Shown: positions 61,380-64,000 of the stretch, one piece after another
Layout: each line of letters starts with the position of its first letter
How positions within the stretch are numbered: the stretch's first letter is position 1
Assembly: GCA_036172245.1 (NCBI GenBank)
Contig: JAYWIR010000098.1
Coordinates: forward strand, 62,001 to 126,000
Length of the DNA: 64,000 nt
Direction of reading: 5' to 3'
DNA from: Raillietiella orientalis
Taxonomy: Eukaryota
The notes under the pieces: model-generated
The model's input: the letters and a program-made list of their open reading frames with translations, nothing else
Database searches by the model: none
Told to the model about the DNA's origin: nothing
Made by a program: the position numbers and the translations under genes

Positions 61380-64000
61380 ACTTTGGAGCGTTAAAGAGAG
61401 CTCTGAAAAGAAAGCAGCAGCCTCAAGGAAACGAGGAGACGCGCGAATGCCTGCCAAAAAACCGGACAGGGACGTGGCGTTTTAAGAGGTTTCTTCTGCC
61501 GCAAAGCCACGAAAGGGAAATCAATCGGCAGGCAAGCCTATTTAAAAAGGGCGCGAGGGCTGCGCGTGTGCCTTCACTGATCCCATAGCGGAAAGCGCAG
61601 TTACCGCTCCGGGAATGGGGTCAGTGAAGTTAGTTACACCGTGAGGCAGCGCGACACGGGGACACGCGAATCGCACTTGTGCGACAACCGTCTCCTTGAG
61701 ACCCTTGTCCATTTCGGGGGCCTTATTAAGAAACCCCCCTAAAAAGGCGGATGGAATTCCGGCGAGAAAAGCCGGGGAAAGTGGCGACGAGTTGTTTGAA
61801 AACTTGCCGCTACCAGCCGTATCCTACCCAACAAGGCAGTTTTTCCCCTGTCCGACTTGCGGAGGGGAGAATTTATTTATCCATACACTTCTAAATCGCA
61901 TCTCACTTTCCGTATTTACGCTTTTTCTCACTTTTCTTAATGTTCTGGAATCCTCTGCAAGATATGGCAGTACATCCAAGTTGGAATTCCTCCACAGCTT
62001 CTGATTCCAATTTCCCTTTTCAAAAGACCTTTCAATATTTCCATGGCAGGCACCTGGCTCATTTCTGCCCGCATTTTGGTCCTCTTTATCACGATGCTCT
62101 TGATAAAGAGGGCGATGGTAGAGCGGACCATCGGGTTGTATCGTGGAACTTTGCCTTCCCCTTCGAACACGCCAGCGAGAATCTCCATCTTCCGCAACGG
62201 CTGCAAGTCTATCACCTTCTTGAGACTGGTCCAGTCCTGGCGCAGAGAGGGGCAGATGAGTACGTGAAGTTGGATTTCTCTGGTTCCACAGGCATTGCAC
62301 TTCTTCTCCTGCAGATTTCCGGTCCAGTGTTTGGTCCTAGTGCCTCTCTGAATGCCCCTGTGATAAAACATGAGGAGCTCATCCTGAATGTCGAGTGGTA
62401 AGTCGCTCGCTCAGACCGTGGTTCCAACCACCAGCGGTTTTACCTGGTGGCATCCGTATCGGTAAGCGGCCGCAGACAGAGCGTTGTCGTCGTTTGGTTC
62501 CTTCATAAGTGCTTCTTCCATGTTTCCCCTGGTTATCAGGCGCCAGCAGCTAGATTCCTGATTGGTCCAGATCTCTCGATATTTGTGGGTGAATCTTCCT
62601 ATTATTTCCGTGGTTAGCCGATACAGCCGCATTTACTGTTAAATGTCACTTAATGCAAACTGCTTGCACTCCTTCATGGTGATCCTTGGATTCACGGATA
62701 TTCACTTCCCGCTGTCCGAAGGAACGTGCAAAAACCATGGGATAATCCGAACCAGTTCGCTCTCCCAAATTACTTTACTCCTAGGCACTATTTTGAGGTG
62801 ATGGGTGTTCACCGGTGCCTGTTTCCGTATCCAAGTAAGGTCGATGTTTCTCCACTGTCCTTGTTTGCCTATTAGGGCGGACATTAGGCCTCTCGAATTG
62901 TTGACCAGCTGCGAGTAGGCTCTGTGCGCCGCATAAGGCCACTCTGATCCCATTTGTTGGCAAGATCCAGGAGTTGTTGCACGTCCAGCAGATGCACGGA
63001 CCGTTTGAGCAATTTCATCCCGGTCCCGCCTTTGTTACGCGGTCGGCACAAGAGTTTCAGCCTGAACCGCGGCTTAAACTCGCTCCATAAAATTCTCCGT
63101 TGTAGTTGTTCCACCTGACGGCACGTTTCATCGTCCACTCGACAAAAGGCTGCTGCGAAGAGCACCTTAGGAAGAAGTTCGTTCCACATGTTTGCCCTTC
63201 GCTTTAGGCAGAAGTGGAGTCGTACGTATTTTGCAGCCTCTGCTCTTGTTTTACCCAGGATTCCCTTCCACATTTCCTGCGAAGCCGAGGCATCGCCGAT
63301 GTGGACTCCCAGGTACTTGATGTTATCCACTACTCGGAATCCTGCTTCCTCTAAGGCGGTAAGGTCCAGGATTCCGATGGGCAACAGCTGGAATTTATGG
63401 GCGTTGATCTTCAAGCCCAAACCATTCTCCATAGATTCGACGACACCAAGGAACGTATGCTGATCCTTGTCTTCCTTCAAGAAGAAGAGCAGATCATCCG
63501 CATACGCCAGGTGCATCAACCTGTCGTCTTCAAGGCGTATTCCTTGGATACGTCTGCCATGGTGGACAAGTGACGAAACCGCTTCCATATAAACTACGAA
63601 TAGCATCGGACTAAGAGCGTCTCCCTGATGGATTCCCCTTTCCATCCTGATGTCTGCAGTATCATTTCCGTTGATTCTTATTTTGCAGTACTGTCCTTTG
63701 AGATTCTTCTCGTAGTCGGCGAAGTATTCTGGGTAGCCCAGTTTCCTCAGTATTTTCAGCAACATTTCATGTCCACTGTATCGAACACCTTCTCCATATC
63801 CGTGCAGACCAGCACCAGGTTGTCGCCTATGTGGCGACTGTAACCTAACGTTGCTTGTACACACTTCACATTGTCAGAAATGCTACGTACGGGCACCGCT
63901 CACGTCTGCATTGAAGAAATGACGGATGGCAACGTCTTGCTTAAACGGTTAGCCCAGATCTTGGCGAACCATTTGGCGTCCGTGTTCATGATGGAGATGG
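61380..64000 (-). mobile_element. Family-B LINE: RT, C-terminal Cys/His region and long structured 3' UTR (runs off the window)
   Basis: ORF 62884-63864 (HQGDALSPMLF, HLAYADD, KYLGV) and CNACGTREIQLHVLIC. The 3' boundary is approximate. Confidence 0.9.

Overview
This is eukaryotic repeat DNA with no recognisable host gene, rRNA, tRNA or CRISPR array. Positions ~1-42.2 kb and ~59-64 kb are a GC-rich pile of nested, mostly decayed non-LTR retrotransposons with L1/Tx1-like architecture: an ORF1 with CCHC-type knuckles, and an ORF2 with an APE endonuclease, a YADD reverse transcriptase and a C-terminal Cys/His motif. There are two lineages, a dominant family A (about 15 pieces, two full-length) and a family B (three pieces). 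Target-site duplications (TSDs) resolve several nestings. One family-A subfamily appears three times, always antisense, at the same 'PxGFG'-encoding site in ORF2 of sister LINEs, twice in tandem with a 14-bp TSD present three times. This suggests a sequence-specific, LINE-targeting LINE. Family-A 3' ends share an AATAAA + CCCGG-N5-CCGGG hairpin and lack a long poly(A) tail, and ORF1/ORF2 overlap as TAATG or ATGA-like stop-start signals. Positions ~42.2-58 kb are AT-richer, with faint copia-, MULE- and hAT-like relics and two nested inverted repeats. At 58.05-59.1 kb there is a minus-strand, A-tailed, hairpin-dense segment with cUUCGg loops and a degenerate hammerhead-like core. All alignments and folds were done by eye, so boundaries without a TSD are approximate.
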